Positions 19,001-29,283 of a stretch of DNA of 61,127 bases are shown here, in pieces (positions within the stretch are counted from its first letter, which is position 1; each line of letters starts with the position of its first letter). Source of the DNA: Chitinophagaceae bacterium (lineage in GTDB: Bacteria > Bacteroidota > Bacteroidia > Chitinophagales > Chitinophagaceae); the NCBI GenBank assembly GCA_046153465.1, contig JBJXDV010000026.1:1-61127 (forward strand). Direction: 5' to 3'. The position numbers and the translations under genes were made by a program. The notes below the pieces were generated by a model that made no database searches, had not been told where the DNA came from, and worked only from the letters and a program-made list of their open reading frames with translations.

Positions 19001-20891
19001 CTATAATCAAAAAACAGGAGTCGTAAATTTTGACGGTATTTCCGACAATAAAGATTATCGATTTGATCTCAAGGGAATTTATAATATCTTAGATAGCGCC
19101 GGCGATAAACAGCTTGATATTCTTACAAACTTCAATGATACGAGGATTAATTTGCTCGAGCGCTATTTATCAGGAGTGTTTAGCAATTTAGATGGCCTTG
19201 CTACCGGAACCTTAAGAATAGTTGGCGCCCCAAAATCTTTAAATTATACTGGAAAGGTTGGATTGAAGGATGGAAAATTAACGGTTGCATATACTAACGT
19301 TTCGTATACCATACCAAAAGCTGATTTTGAATTCAAAGAAAATTTGATTGACTTTGGATCATTCATCTTAAAAGATTCTTTGGGAAATACAGGAACCGTA
19401 TCACGAGGGAAACTCCGGCACCGCTCTTTTAATAAAATGGATTTTGATTTTGCACTTAACACCAATAAGCTTCTTGTTTTAAATACCAATAGCCTTAGTC
19501 AGGATCCATTTTATGGAAAAATTATTGCCCGCGCCAATATTACATTTAGCGGCCCGATGGAAGATATGGTTATGAATATTAAAAATGCTGAACCCGCTGA
19601 CAGCTCAGAACTTTCTATACGCTCGGGCAATAGCCGCGAGAGCGGGCAGGCAGATTTTATTGTTTGGAAAACATACGGAAAAGAAATGGAATTGGTAAAA
19701 GGTAATAAAGAAAGTAAACTCACTTTTTTCCTTGACGTAAATACCAATAATCTTGTGAAGATGAATGTTATCATCGACGAGTTAACAAATGATGTAATGA
19801 GTGCGTTGGGTCATGGTAATCTGAAAATACAGGCTAATACCGCAGGGTTATTTAATATGGTTGGCCAATTTGACATTGATAAGGGTAATTACAATTTTAA
19901 TTTTCAGTCATTGTTACGAAAACCATTTGTTTTAAACGGAGATGCGGGTAGCTATATCCGTTGGAGCGGCAACGCAACAGATGCTGACCTAAATGTATTG
20001 GCGGAATACGAAGCAGACAATGTTAAGTTTAGTGACTTGGGCGATCAGTTGTATGCACAGGGAGGTGGAGACATCGATTATATAAAAAAGTATCGTGGAA
20101 AGGTAAGGGTATTGGCAAAACTTACCGGCAAGTTGATGAAACCAGAAATTGACTTTTCCCTTGAAATGCCTGATGGCAATCCATTGAAAAACGATCCAAT
20201 TGTATTGAATCTTTTAAGAGATATCCAGGCCGACAAAAATGAATTGACGAAGCAGGTAGCCTTCCTGATCATCTTTAATAGTTTTGGACCAAGGTCAACC
20301 ACTACCCAGGCGTCTTTAGCAGGAAGAACTTTTGAAGGACTTGTTTCCAGTAGTATTTCCGGATATATATCCAATGCACTGAACAAACAATTTTCCAATA
20401 TTGTTAAAAAATTATTCAATGATGAAAGTATTAAAGTAAACTTCAATGCACAATTGTATAATGGATCTTATCTGTTAAACGACGCAGGTAATAATGCTTT
20501 CAACATAGATCGAACTAATCTGAATTTATCGCTTGCAAAAAGTGTGTTCAATGAACGATTAACGTTTACTTTTGGAAGTGCTTTTGATTTTGGACTAACC
20601 TCCACACAGGCAAGGGCCACGAATAATCTTCAATTTTTGCCGGATATTGCTGCCGAATTGAAGTTAAGACCCGATGGAAAATTGCTACTTACATTTTTTT
20701 ACCGCGATAGTTATAACTACCAATCGGCTACTGGCAAGCAGAATCGCTCAGGGGCCGGTATTTCCTACCGTCGCGATTTTGAACATTTTGGTGATTTATT
20801 CAAGAATGATCAGAAAAAGAAAAAGCTGAAAATTAATAAGAATGAATCTACAGAATCGAAAATAATCCCGGGTACTACCAGTAATAATTAG
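16065..20891 (+). CDS. tamB: Translocation/assembly module TamB-like protein
   Basis: About 1600 aa with an N-terminal TM anchor, long beta-taco-like repeats, and a C-terminal G.Y.F...GSYIRWSG..A.L...A.Y TamB signature. Start uncertain (ATG 15975 or CTG 16065). Confidence 0.85.
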   Translation: MKKFLKITRTVFLVLIALIIFLWLAIQTTPVQNWLVKKITNKLSTDLQTSVSIHHVDFSLFDNMHLEGVLLTDLKKDTLLSAGEVTVNISDWFFLKDHIILKNVALKNATVYLNRNDSVWNYSFLVNYFNGGKKTKSAKPIQLDFKKISLTNIRIIQKDAWRGEDQDIRFTSLTFEADHFDLKEKKVHIPSVEIINPFFALKNYDGNRPIRKKSLNADETITNNPLHLRWNPDNWNIVIDKVSLLNGHLETIHTADTLPDRHFDGSNILFSNITGSFQDVRLANDTIRALALLSTSERSGLEIKRLKASIKFHPEAMEFANLDLLTPRSHIRQFFAMRYRSFDDMSDFISKVTIEGDFSNAELSSDDLAFFAPALKDLKKKIRIEGKIKGTVDDLQAKNLIVEAGNSTYLNGSIRMTGLPNIEKTYIDFDANSFRTTYTDAASIFPQLKTIKLPRIDLLQYLRFKGNFTGFINDFVTYGTLETNLGTLVSDVNLKFNANENTRYSGTVQTNGFNLGRFIENNQVGSINFKGKINGTGVSEANLNAKLDGFVSEIGINGYKYQNITVKGTIAKKLFNGDLRSNDPNLDASLNGLVDFSKKVPTFDFNAHIAKADLKKINITKENIEFNGKFRFDFSGNTIDNFLGTARISEANVFRNGNRIAFDSLFVESKVLDNNKVITVLSNEFDAALVGEFTINDLPAAFQTFLNKYYPSYINPSRSVLKNENFSFVITTKNIQEYIDLFVNDLKGFNYSTITGRINSKENLLDLNAEIPQFSYKNIALYNLTLKGAGTLNNLKVESAIGDVYINDSLHFPGTTISINSANDFSDVKIITSANQTLNAANISAKVNTRTNGVSILFNESNFDINGKNWTIDKDGELVLSKDLVSADGVKIYNGQQEIRITTVPSDIGNTNDIKVELQKINIGDFTPYVVSANRLEGLLTGAVDIIDPFGKLQVDFRGEAEQFRLDNDSVGKIKVGANYNQKTGVVNFDGISDNKDYRFDLKGIYNILDSAGDKQLDILTNFNDTRINLLERYLSGVFSNLDGLATGTLRIVGAPKSLNYTGKVGLKDGKLTVAYTNVSYTIPKADFEFKENLIDFGSFILKDSLGNTGTVSRGKLRHRSFNKMDFDFALNTNKLLVLNTNSLSQDPFYGKIIARANITFSGPMEDMVMNIKNAEPADSSELSIRSGNSRESGQADFIVWKTYGKEMELVKGNKESKLTFFLDVNTNNLVKMNVIIDELTNDVMSALGHGNLKIQANTAGLFNMVGQFDIDKGNYNFNFQSLLRKPFVLNGDAGSYIRWSGNATDADLNVLAEYEADNVKFSDLGDQLYAQGGGDIDYIKKYRGKVRVLAKLTGKLMKPEIDFSLEMPDGNPLKNDPIVLNLLRDIQADKNELTKQVAFLIIFNSFGPRSTTTQASLAGRTFEGLVSSSISGYISNALNKQFSNIVKKLFNDESIKVNFNAQLYNGSYLLNDAGNNAFNIDRTNLNLSLAKSVFNERLTFTFGSAFDFGLTSTQARATNNLQFLPDIAAELKLRPDGKLLLTFFYRDSYNYQSATGKQNRSGAGISYRRDFEHFGDLFKNDQKKKKLKINKNESTESKIIPGTTSNN

Positions 20892-20928
20892 ACGAACACG
20901 ATCAACGCACAGATGAAGGTAGCTGCAG

Positions 20929-22131
20929 TTATCCTTTCAATATATTATGTCCCAGCTTATCTCTTTTCGTTTCAAGATATTTTTCATTATGCGAATTAGG
21001 GATCATTTCGATGCTGACTGCTTCCGTTACTTCCAAACCATATCCTAATAGGCCCGCTCGCTTTTTAGGATTATTAGTGATAAGTTTCAATTTAGCAATG
21101 CCAATATAGCGAAGTATTTGGGCGCCGATACCATAATCCCTTTTATCCATCGGAAATCCCAGGTGAATGTTTGCCTCCACCGTATCCATGCCATTTTCCT
21201 GAAGCTTGTATGCTTTTAGTTTATTAACCAATCCTATCCCCCTTCCTTCCTGGTTCATATAAAGGATAACTCCTGTTCCCTCTTTTTCTACCATTTGCAT
21301 AGCCGCATGCAATTGATCACCACAATCGCAACGCAGAGATCCCAATATATCGCCGGTAAAACAGGAGGAATGCACTCGCACAAGAACGGGGTCTTCTTTT
21401 TTCCAGGATCCCTTTATCAATGCTAAGTGCTCGTTAGAGGTATTTTTTTCACGAAAAGCAATGAGTTTAAAATGACCATATTTTGTAGGCATATCCACCC
21501 GAACAATCTCTTCAATCAGCGAATCAGTTTTTAGCCGGTATTCAATTAAATCTTTAATAGAAATAATTTTGAGCTCAAATTTTTTAGAGATTTCTATTAG
21601 TTCGGGAAGCCGGGCCATGGTTCCATCCTCATTCATAATTTCAACCAATACCCCGGCAGGCCCAAATCCGGCCAATCGGGCAAGATCAATAGTAGCTTCC
21701 GTATGTCCCGTTCTTCTTAATACCCCACCCTTCTTTGCCCTTAGCGGAAAAATATGACCCGGTCGGCCCAAATCATCAGGCCTGGTAGCAGGATCGATAA
21801 GTGCCTGAATCGTTTTTGCCCGATCTTGTGCTGATATTCCAGTAGTGCAGCCATGACCTAAAAGATCCACTGAAACCGTAAATGCGGTTTCATGCAATGC
21901 TGTGTTATTGCTAACCATTTGCTCAAGTTGGAGTTCATCACACCGTTCGTCTAACAATGGCGCACAAATCAAACCGCGGCCATACTTACTCATAAAGTTT
22001 ATGACTTCAGGAGTAACGTGCTGAGCGGCCCCAATAAAATCGCCTTCATTTTCCCGATCCTCATCGTCTACCACAATAATCAGCTTTCCTTTCCGAATTT
22101 CATCAATCGCACTTTCGATAGTATCCAGCAT
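20929..22131 (-). CDS. ribBA: Bifunctional DHBP synthase / GTP cyclohydrolase II
   Basis: [27 protein letters not shown]...CDC and QEGRGIGL motifs. Confidence 0.97.
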   Translation of the reverse strand: MLDTIESAIDEIRKGKLIIVVDDEDRENEGDFIGAAQHVTPEVINFMSKYGRGLICAPLLDERCDELQLEQMVSNNTALHETAFTVSVDLLGHGCTTGISAQDRAKTIQALIDPATRPDDLGRPGHIFPLRAKKGGVLRRTGHTEATIDLARLAGFGPAGVLVEIMNEDGTMARLPELIEISKKFELKIISIKDLIEYRLKTDSLIEEIVRVDMPTKYGHFKLIAFREKNTSNEHLALIKGSWKKEDPVLVRVHSSCFTGDILGSLRCDCGDQLHAAMQMVEKEGTGVILYMNQEGRGIGLVNKLKAYKLQENGMDTVEANIHLGFPMDKRDYGIGAQILRYIGIAKLKLITNNPKKRAGLLGYGLEVTEAVSIEMIPNSHNEKYLETKRDKLGHNILKG

Positions 22132-22146
22132 TCAAGATAATTTGAA

Positions 22147-22154
22147 CAAAGGTA
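22147..22154 (-). promoter_or_regulatory. Bacteroidota -7 promoter box (TACCTTTG) for ribBA
   Basis: Exact TAnnTTTG match 15 nt upstream of the start codon. Confidence 0.6.
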
Positions 22155-22306
22155 TGAATTAAGAGCCTTCCTTTATAGATTGGAAAGTGAGATTAAAGGC
22201 AGAAAAAGGGCGTTTATTTCGATTTTTTTGCCAGTATTTTGTTGACATTAAGTTTCCTATATTTATGCATAATTTGCTTTCTTTGCAACTGTAAAACAAA
22301 ACTAAT

Positions 22307-25300
22307 ATGCTTAAGAGAATTGCGCACTTCTTGCTTGCGTTGATAGTATTTCCTTTTGCCCTCATCGCCCAGGAAACCAATAGTAATATTGGTGGAACCA
22401 TTAAAACAACTAAAGGCGAACCACTTGTTGGAGCAACCATTACCGCAACCCATATTCCTACAGGAACTATTTACCGGATTGCGAGCCGCACTGGTGGTCG
22501 ATTTAATTTATACAATGTCCGTCCGGGCGGACCCTACACTATTGCAGTAAGTTTTGTAGGGTTTAATGATGAAAAAAAAGAAGATATCTTCCTTAATCTG
22601 GGCGAAACATCTATTCAGGATTTTCAATTGGCAGATAAATCAACCAATCTTACAGAAGTTGTAGTAGCTGCAAGAAAAATTCTTTCCTCAGGAAAAGGTG
22701 GAACAGAAACAAGTATTGGCCGGGATAAAATGGCTAACCTTCCGAATGTTGGACGTGGTTTGAATGATTATCTTAAATATACACCACAAGCAAAAGTTAC
22801 TGGAGATGGTGGTGTTGCATTTGCAGGTCAGAATAACCGTTATAATTCTTTTTTCATTGATGGCGCAAACAATACAGATATATTTGGATTGGCCGCTTCG
22901 GGAACCAATGGTGGACAAGCTGGCGTTGCACCCATTTCTATTGATGCAATTGATCAGATACAGGTTATACTTTCTCCATACGATGCGCAATTTGGAAATT
23001 TTACGGGCGGTGCTGTAAATGCAATAACAAAGTCGGGCACCAATCAATTGCAAGGATCTTTATGGTATTATTTCCGTGATCAAAATCTTACCGGCTTATC
23101 TCCAATCGCATTACCTAAAGTTGGTTTTCCAAATGTTGTAGAAAGAGCACGTATTGCTCCATTCACCAATAAAACCTATGGTTTTCGTTTAGGGGGGCCC
23201 TTAATTAAAAATAAATTATTTTATTTTTTCCTTGCAGAATGGCAACGAGATACAAGGCCACAACCATTTAATTTGGCCGATTACCGGGGAACTACTAACC
23301 AAACCGGTTTGGATAATCTTGCAAACCTGCTTCGTTCAAAATACAATTATGAACCGGGTGGTTATTTAGATAATCCAGAGCAGGTAAATGCAGAACGTAT
23401 CAATGCTAAGATTGACTGGAATATTAATGACAACAATCGTTTCTCGCTTTCTTATCGTTATAACAATGGTTTACGATACAATACTTCCAGCAGTGCCAGT
23501 ACCGTGATCAATTATTACAACAACGGATTTCTTTTCCCCAACAAAACACATTCTGTATCTGCTGAATTGAAGTCTAGTTTTAAGAACAATTCGAATAACA
23601 GGTTATTAGTTACTTATACCAACGAGTTGGATGACAGGGGCCCCATTGGTCAATCATTTCCAAGGGTAAGCATTTTGGATGGACCCGGTACAATAGTATT
23701 TGGAACAGAAAATTTTTCTGCCGGCAACCTACTAAAGGCAAAAAATCTCAGCATCCTGGATATGGTAAAGTTCTATAAGGGTAATAATGTTATTAGCGTT
23801 GGAACCGACAATGAATTCAATAATGTTTTGAATACTTTCGTTCGTGATAATTTTGGCACTTATCAATTTAGCAATATAAACGATTTTATTAACGGTGCAA
23901 CACCGCGCAGGTACCAACGTTCATTTTCTTTACTTGATGCCCAGTCTGGCGACGCAACAAAAGCTTCTGCCAAATTTAAAACACTTCGCATTGGCTTTTT
24001 TATTACCGACGAAATTAAAGTCAATGATAATTTTAGTTTGATACTGGGTATACGGGCAGACAGAACCGAACTTCTTACCAAACCATTGGAAGATAAATTC
24101 TTTAATGATACGGCTGTTGCTAAAATTTCTCAGTATTATGATTTGCAAGGGGCACGTTCCGGCCAAACAATGGATCCACGCTGGATGATTTCGCCGCGCA
24201 TTGGATTTACCTATCGTATGCCGGAAGAAGGAGTAGCCATAAGGGGTGGAATGGGAATTTTCGCTGGCAGGGTACCGCTAGTGTGGCCGGGAGGCGTTTA
24301 TAATAACAATGGAATTAGTATTGGTGGTGTTGATTTGAATCCTCCCGCAAGTGGTTTTGTTTTTAACCCCGATCCTCTTAATCAACCTACTGCTGCTTCT
24401 CTTGGACAAAATATTAGTAATTCACGCGGACAAATCGACCTAGTTGCAAAAGATTTTCGTTTGCCAACAGTTTTCAGAACTTCTTTAGCCGTTGATAAAA
24501 AATTAGGAGAAGGCTGGACATTTACTACAGAGCTAATACTTACAAAAAATATTTGGGAGCTTAATTATCAAAATGTAAATATTCTTCCACCAATAGGTAA
24601 ATCGCTTACATTGGATTCGCGTAATGTTTATTCTGCTGGTGCTGCGCCAACGCGTATTCCGCTTAGGTCAAATGGCACTAATCCTTATCCAGGTATGGTT
24701 TATCTTTTGAGCAATAATAAGGGCCGCAAAGGTTTTTCATACTCTTTAACGATGACGATCGATAAAGCGTTCAGAAATGGATTTGCATTCAACGCCAACT
24801 ACACTTACGGAAATTCGGTTACCCTCAATGAAGGAACAAGTTCTCAAAATAACTCTCAGTGGAGGTTTATGGAAACAGTAAATGGCAGAAACTTTACTCA
24901 GCTTTCAACTTCGGATTTCGATTTAGCACATCGTATCAATGCTTTTGTAAGTAAACAATTTGAATACGCGAACAAATCAATGTCGACTACCATTTCACTT
25001 GTTTATATTGGGCAATCTGGTAGTCCTTATAGCTATGTATATAGAAATAGTCCGGTAAACGATCAGGCTTCCACTGAAACTAATGACCTGATTTATATTC
25101 CGTCTGTTGCAGATTTATCGAGCATGTTATTTCTTACTAACACTGTAAATGGTGTTACCTACACAGTTCAGCAACAAAAGGATCTTTTCAATAACTTTAT
25201 CGAAAGCGATAAATACCTAAGAAAGAATCGCGGCAAATTTGCCGAGCGCAACGGAGCTCGTTTGCCATTTACAAATAACCTTGATCTTAAAGTTGAACAA

Positions 25301-25582
25301 AAATTCAATGTAAAAATCAGTGGAAAAAAATACACATTCTCACTTACCTATGATGTATACAATTTCACCAATATGATTAACAAGGATTGGGGCAGAACCT
25401 GGTTCCTTGCAAATGATAACTTTGCCTTAGTGCAGTTTGCAGGGTATGTTAGTCCAACCAATCTTACACCTCAATACCGATTCAGCCCTTTTGCAGGAAA
25501 GCCTTATGGTGTTAGCACTACACTTAACCCAGGTTATACGGCAAGATGGATAAGCCAGTTAGGCTTCCGCGTTAGTTTCTAA
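22307..25582 (+). CDS. TonB-dependent receptor (Oar-like, CarboxypepD_reg N-terminus), no adjacent SusD
   Basis: TonB box EVVV, plug motif ISIDAIDQIQV..SPYDAQFGNFTGGAVNAITKSGTN, and the C-terminal QLGFRVSF. Confidence 0.92.
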   Translation: MLKRIAHFLLALIVFPFALIAQETNSNIGGTIKTTKGEPLVGATITATHIPTGTIYRIASRTGGRFNLYNVRPGGPYTIAVSFVGFNDEKKEDIFLNLGETSIQDFQLADKSTNLTEVVVAARKILSSGKGGTETSIGRDKMANLPNVGRGLNDYLKYTPQAKVTGDGGVAFAGQNNRYNSFFIDGANNTDIFGLAASGTNGGQAGVAPISIDAIDQIQVILSPYDAQFGNFTGGAVNAITKSGTNQLQGSLWYYFRDQNLTGLSPIALPKVGFPNVVERARIAPFTNKTYGFRLGGPLIKNKLFYFFLAEWQRDTRPQPFNLADYRGTTNQTGLDNLANLLRSKYNYEPGGYLDNPEQVNAERINAKIDWNINDNNRFSLSYRYNNGLRYNTSSSASTVINYYNNGFLFPNKTHSVSAELKSSFKNNSNNRLLVTYTNELDDRGPIGQSFPRVSILDGPGTIVFGTENFSAGNLLKAKNLSILDMVKFYKGNNVISVGTDNEFNNVLNTFVRDNFGTYQFSNINDFINGATPRRYQRSFSLLDAQSGDATKASAKFKTLRIGFFITDEIKVNDNFSLILGIRADRTELLTKPLEDKFFNDTAVAKISQYYDLQGARSGQTMDPRWMISPRIGFTYRMPEEGVAIRGGMGIFAGRVPLVWPGGVYNNNGISIGGVDLNPPASGFVFNPDPLNQPTAASLGQNISNSRGQIDLVAKDFRLPTVFRTSLAVDKKLGEGWTFTTELILTKNIWELNYQNVNILPPIGKSLTLDSRNVYSAGAAPTRIPLRSNGTNPYPGMVYLLSNNKGRKGFSYSLTMTIDKAFRNGFAFNANYTYGNSVTLNEGTSSQNNSQWRFMETVNGRNFTQLSTSDFDLAHRINAFVSKQFEYANKSMSTTISLVYIGQSGSPYSYVYRNSPVNDQASTETNDLIYIPSVADLSSMLFLTNTVNGVTYTVQQQKDLFNNFIESDKYLRKNRGKFAERNGARLPFTNNLDLKVEQKFNVKISGKKYTFSLTYDVYNFTNMINKDWGRTWFLANDNFALVQFAGYVSPTNLTPQYRFSPFAGKPYGVSTTLNPGYTARWISQLGFRVSF

Positions 25583-25603
25583 CGAGTACCTTGAATTAAT
25601 AAT

Positions 25604-25631
25604 AAAAACTCCGAAATTTCGGAGTTTTTTT
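25604..25631. terminator. Bidirectional intrinsic terminator
   Basis: Perfect palindrome AAAAACTCCGAAATTTCGGAGTTTTT between convergent genes. Confidence 0.85.
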
Positions 25632-25878
25632 ATTTTATATAGAGATAGATTATAAAATTTAATAAGTTACGGATAATTGAATACTCCATTTAAAAATAGG
25701 ATAACTCTGAGTATTTCATTTTTCGTTGAATAATCTGTTACCCGATACAACGAGCATCGGTATGAAACTCGCTTTACAGAAAAATCTGCTTAAGAAAACA
25801 GCAGGTATACAATAAAGAGTTAGCCATGTAAATTGATTGTATAAAACAGGAATGGAAAGCGGTCAAAAAAAAGTTGTA

Positions 25879-26712
25879 CTATATCCTGACTCTTCCGTCT
25901 TGCCTACCCCATCCCCATATCAAAAACTCAGGGAATATGCTAGCCCAGGTAGGCACATCATGTTTTCCCTCTGGCAATTGAAGATATCGGAAATCTATTC
26001 CCTCTTTATACCCTTTTGATTTCAATTCTCTCAGTAAGTCAATTGTATCATCTATTGAATCAATAACGCCATTATTATTACGATCTTCGGTTTCATCCAA
26101 CTCGCCGCATTGAAAAAAGAATTTAAGCAATGGCTTATTCTTACTAACTCTTATTTGGCGATGCATAAGCCGGTCTGTTGATTCATGAAAATCTTTATCG
26201 AATTTATTTTTAGAGCGCCACCAAAGTGATCCGGAGAAAACACCCACCCTGGAAAAATCTTTATAGTTATTCCAAACCAAATCCAATGCACTTAACCCTC
26301 CTAACGAAAATCCCGCAAATGCCTTTTCTTTGAATGAACTTATTTTATAGGTTTTGTTTATATAGGGAATTAACTCCTCAAAAATAAACTGTTGGTATAA
26401 TGGTGCTTTTGCTCCCCTCCCCTTAAAATCAGGAGACGATATCATACCATATTCGTTTTTTCGATCAACACCACAATGAATGCCGACAACTAATAAAGGT
26501 GATAGTAATTTTTGCTGGTACATTTCACCAATCATTTTATGAAATGCCATCGTTACCATATCCTGACCGTCATTTACTAGTAACAACGAAAGTTGATCAG
26601 GTTGCTCAATATTTGTAGGCAGGTAAAAATCAACTATAACATCCCGATTTAGTGGTGCAGAAGCAAGGGTTACAGATTCAAGGATTACATCAATACTTTT
26701 CTCCAGTTGCAT
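25879..26712 (-). CDS. Alpha/beta-hydrolase-fold esterase (Fes-like)
   Basis: NDGQD, nucleophile elbow GFSLGG, FSGSLWW and C-terminal His (GKHD). Confidence 0.9.
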   Translation of the reverse strand: MQLEKSIDVILESVTLASAPLNRDVIVDFYLPTNIEQPDQLSLLLVNDGQDMVTMAFHKMIGEMYQQKLLSPLLVVGIHCGVDRKNEYGMISSPDFKGRGAKAPLYQQFIFEELIPYINKTYKISSFKEKAFAGFSLGGLSALDLVWNNYKDFSRVGVFSGSLWWRSKNKFDKDFHESTDRLMHRQIRVSKNKPLLKFFFQCGELDETEDRNNNGVIDSIDDTIDLLRELKSKGYKEGIDFRYLQLPEGKHDVPTWASIFPEFLIWGWGRQDGRVRI

Positions 26713-26815
26713 ACTTTCAAAAATAAGCAAACACTGTAAAACAGGTGGAATTATTATATATTTTTCTTTGTTTGATTCAACAAATATTCTTTTTGTTTTT
26801 TACAGGCCGAACAGA

Positions 26816-26823
26816 TAAATTTG
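26816..26823 (+). promoter_or_regulatory. Bacteroidota -7 promoter box (TAAATTTG)
   Basis: Exact match upstream of the ATP-grasp gene. Confidence 0.5.
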
Positions 26824-26869
26824 AATAGTACTGACCGCAAATTTCTAACTAACTACTAAAATTTCTGCA

Positions 26870-27823
26870 ATGAAAAAAATTGGCGTGTTGTTTGGTAAAG
26901 AACGATCATTTCCTATGGCATTTATCGATCGAGTTAACAGTAAAGGAATCGCAGGAATTGTTGCTGAAGCTGTTCGTATAGATAAGGTTGTTCAGGGTGA
27001 TGCTGGAGAGTACGCTGTTATCATCGATCGTATTTCACAGGATATTCCTTTTTACAGAGCCTATTTAAAAGATGCTGCCATTTGTGGTACAGCAGTAATC
27101 AATAATCCATTTTGGTGGAGCGCTGACGAAAAATTTTTTAATAACTGCCTTGCGGTAAAAATAGGAGTCCCTGTTCCTAAAACGGTTATACTTCCATCAA
27201 AGGATTTGCCTGACGATACGACTGATCAATCATTTAGTAATCTTGCGTATCCGTTAGACTGGGAAGGAATTTGCAAGTATGTTGGTTTTCCGGCGTATAT
27301 GAAACCCTTTGCCGGCGGGGGATGGAAAAATGTTTATAAGCTCAATGACCTCGAGGATTTTTTTCAGAAGCACAGCGAAACGGGACAACTGGTTATGTTA
27401 TTACAGGAAGAAATTGTTTTTGAGGAATACTATCGTTGTTATTGCATTGGGGGTAAATATGTACGTATTATGCCCTATGAACCACGCAACCCTCACCATC
27501 TCCGTTATGTAAGCGATTTCAAACCTTCTACTGAAAAGTTAAAGGAAATGGAAGAAATAGTATTGCGCATCAATCATTACCTTGGCTATGATTTTAATAC
27601 TGTTGAACTTGCTTTGCGAAATGGAATACCCTACGCAATTGACTTTTGTAACCCTGCCCCGGATGCCGAACGCTCAAGCGTAGGCGAAGAAAATTTTGAG
27701 TGGGTAGTAGAAACGGCCGCAACCTACGCCATTGAGCGGGCTATGGCACATCAACCAGATCGGGATAATTTGACTTGGGGAAATTATATTAAACGCAGTG
27801 CCAATAAACAACCACTGATTTGA
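26870..27823 (+). CDS. RimK-like ATP-grasp ligase
   Basis: VINNPF...DEKFF, VPVPKT, FPAYMKPFAGGGW, LLQEEI and TVELA...AIDFCNP motifs. Confidence 0.88.
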   Translation: MKKIGVLFGKERSFPMAFIDRVNSKGIAGIVAEAVRIDKVVQGDAGEYAVIIDRISQDIPFYRAYLKDAAICGTAVINNPFWWSADEKFFNNCLAVKIGVPVPKTVILPSKDLPDDTTDQSFSNLAYPLDWEGICKYVGFPAYMKPFAGGGWKNVYKLNDLEDFFQKHSETGQLVMLLQEEIVFEEYYRCYCIGGKYVRIMPYEPRNPHHLRYVSDFKPSTEKLKEMEEIVLRINHYLGYDFNTVELALRNGIPYAIDFCNPAPDAERSSVGEENFEWVVETAATYAIERAMAHQPDRDNLTWGNYIKRSANKQPLI

Positions 27824-27838
27824 AAATAACCACCGCAT

Positions 27839-28951
27839 ATGAGCAGCATTAATTTTAAACATTTCACTTTAGGGGTGGAAGAAGAATATATGGTCTTAGA
27901 TCCTGAAACAAGGGAACTGAAAAGTCATCAACAAAAAATTGTTACAGAAGGACAAAAAATAATTAAAGACAAGGTAAAAGCGGAGATGCACCAGGCGGTG
28001 GTTGAAGTTGGAACCGATATTTGCCAAAACATTGACGAAGCTTTCGAGGATGTTGCTACGTTAAGAAAAACGATTTCACATATTGCCGGCGAATTAGGAT
28101 TATGGACCGCGGCTGCGGGAACTCATCCATTCAGCCATTGGCAAAGCCAGTTGATAACAGATCATGCCAGATATAATGAAATTGTAAATGAATTGCAGGA
28201 AGCAGCAAGAAGCAATTTAATTTTTGGGCTTCATGTACATGTAGGTATGGAAACGCGTGAAATGGCAAACCATATTGCAAACAGCACACGATATTTCCTG
28301 CCCCATATTTACGCACTTAGTACCAATTCGCCTTTTTGGGAGGGAAGAACAACCGGCTATAAATCATTTCGCACAAAAGTATTCGATAAATTTCCACGAA
28401 CAGGTATACCCGAAGCATTTGAAAGCATAGAAGCTTACGATAACTATGTAAAAATGCTCGTTAAAACCAATTGTATTGACAATGCAAAAAAAATATGGTG
28501 GGATCTTCGGGTACATCCATTTTTTAATACGGTAGAATTTCGTATTTGTGATGTGCCGATGACGGTTCCGGAAACCATTGCAATTGCGGCCTTGTTCCAG
28601 GGCATTTGTGCTAAGATTTACAAACTGCGTCTTCAGAATATGAATTTTATTCAGTATTCCAGGGCTCTCATTAATGAAAATAAATGGCGCGCCAGCCGAT
28701 ATGGAATCGATGGCAGGATGATTGATTTTGGAAAGGAAGAGGAAGTAAACACAAGGGTGCTTATTTACGAATTATTAGATTTTATTGACGATGTTATTGA
28801 CCCTCTTGGAAGCCGACACGCAATAAAATATGTACACCAGATGCTTGAAAAAGGCACCGGAGCCGACCGCCAGCTAAAAGTATACGAGGAAACAAATAGC
28901 CTCGTGAATGTGGTTGACTATCTCCATGATCAATTTCTTGCGGGTTTATAG
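27839..28951 (+). CDS. Carboxylate-amine ligase (YbdK/GCS2 family)
   Basis: TLGVEEEY, GTHPFS, FGLHVHVG, NSPFW, WWDLR, TVEFRICD and ENKWRASRYG motifs. Confidence 0.93.
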   Translation: MSSINFKHFTLGVEEEYMVLDPETRELKSHQQKIVTEGQKIIKDKVKAEMHQAVVEVGTDICQNIDEAFEDVATLRKTISHIAGELGLWTAAAGTHPFSHWQSQLITDHARYNEIVNELQEAARSNLIFGLHVHVGMETREMANHIANSTRYFLPHIYALSTNSPFWEGRTTGYKSFRTKVFDKFPRTGIPEAFESIEAYDNYVKMLVKTNCIDNAKKIWWDLRVHPFFNTVEFRICDVPMTVPETIAIAALFQGICAKIYKLRLQNMNFIQYSRALINENKWRASRYGIDGRMIDFGKEEEVNTRVLIYELLDFIDDVIDPLGSRHAIKYVHQMLEKGTGADRQLKVYEETNSLVNVVDYLHDQFLAGL

Positions 28952-29283
28952 AATATATCTCAGAAAATTTCAACTAAAACGGCCCAAAAATTGTTTAGTG
29001 CAAGGTATCAGAACCTATTAATTTTTAGTCTGCTTTTGCAACGAATTTAATAAAGCGTTCGTCTGGAACGTACGATTGATTGTCACTATTTTTAAAGTTT
29101 AACCTGCTTTGAAAGAGGTTAGTTCCATTTTTGTATACTTTAGGCTAATTTTAGTCGTTATCGCAAAGGGAAAATATGAAGGCATATGAACCCGTCAGCA
29201 TTAAGCAGAAATTTGATAACTAGCACTTTAAAATTTCATAGTAAGGCCCCTTAACTGAAAACTATATAAGCGACCCACATATT

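Noticed and set aside
22132-22306. FMN riboswitch upstream of ribBA
   Set aside because: No RFN-like motifs, and a -7 box lies only 15 nt from the start, leaving no room.
15975-25582. Numerous 60-120 aa antisense or alternate-frame ORFs inside tamB and the TonB receptor (and other long genes)
   Set aside because: These are shadow ORFs of long genuine genes, with no motifs or independent expression signals.
22307-25582. Polysaccharide utilisation locus
   Set aside because: The receptor is Oar-like rather than SusC-like, is followed directly by a terminator, and has no SusD or CAZyme neighbours.
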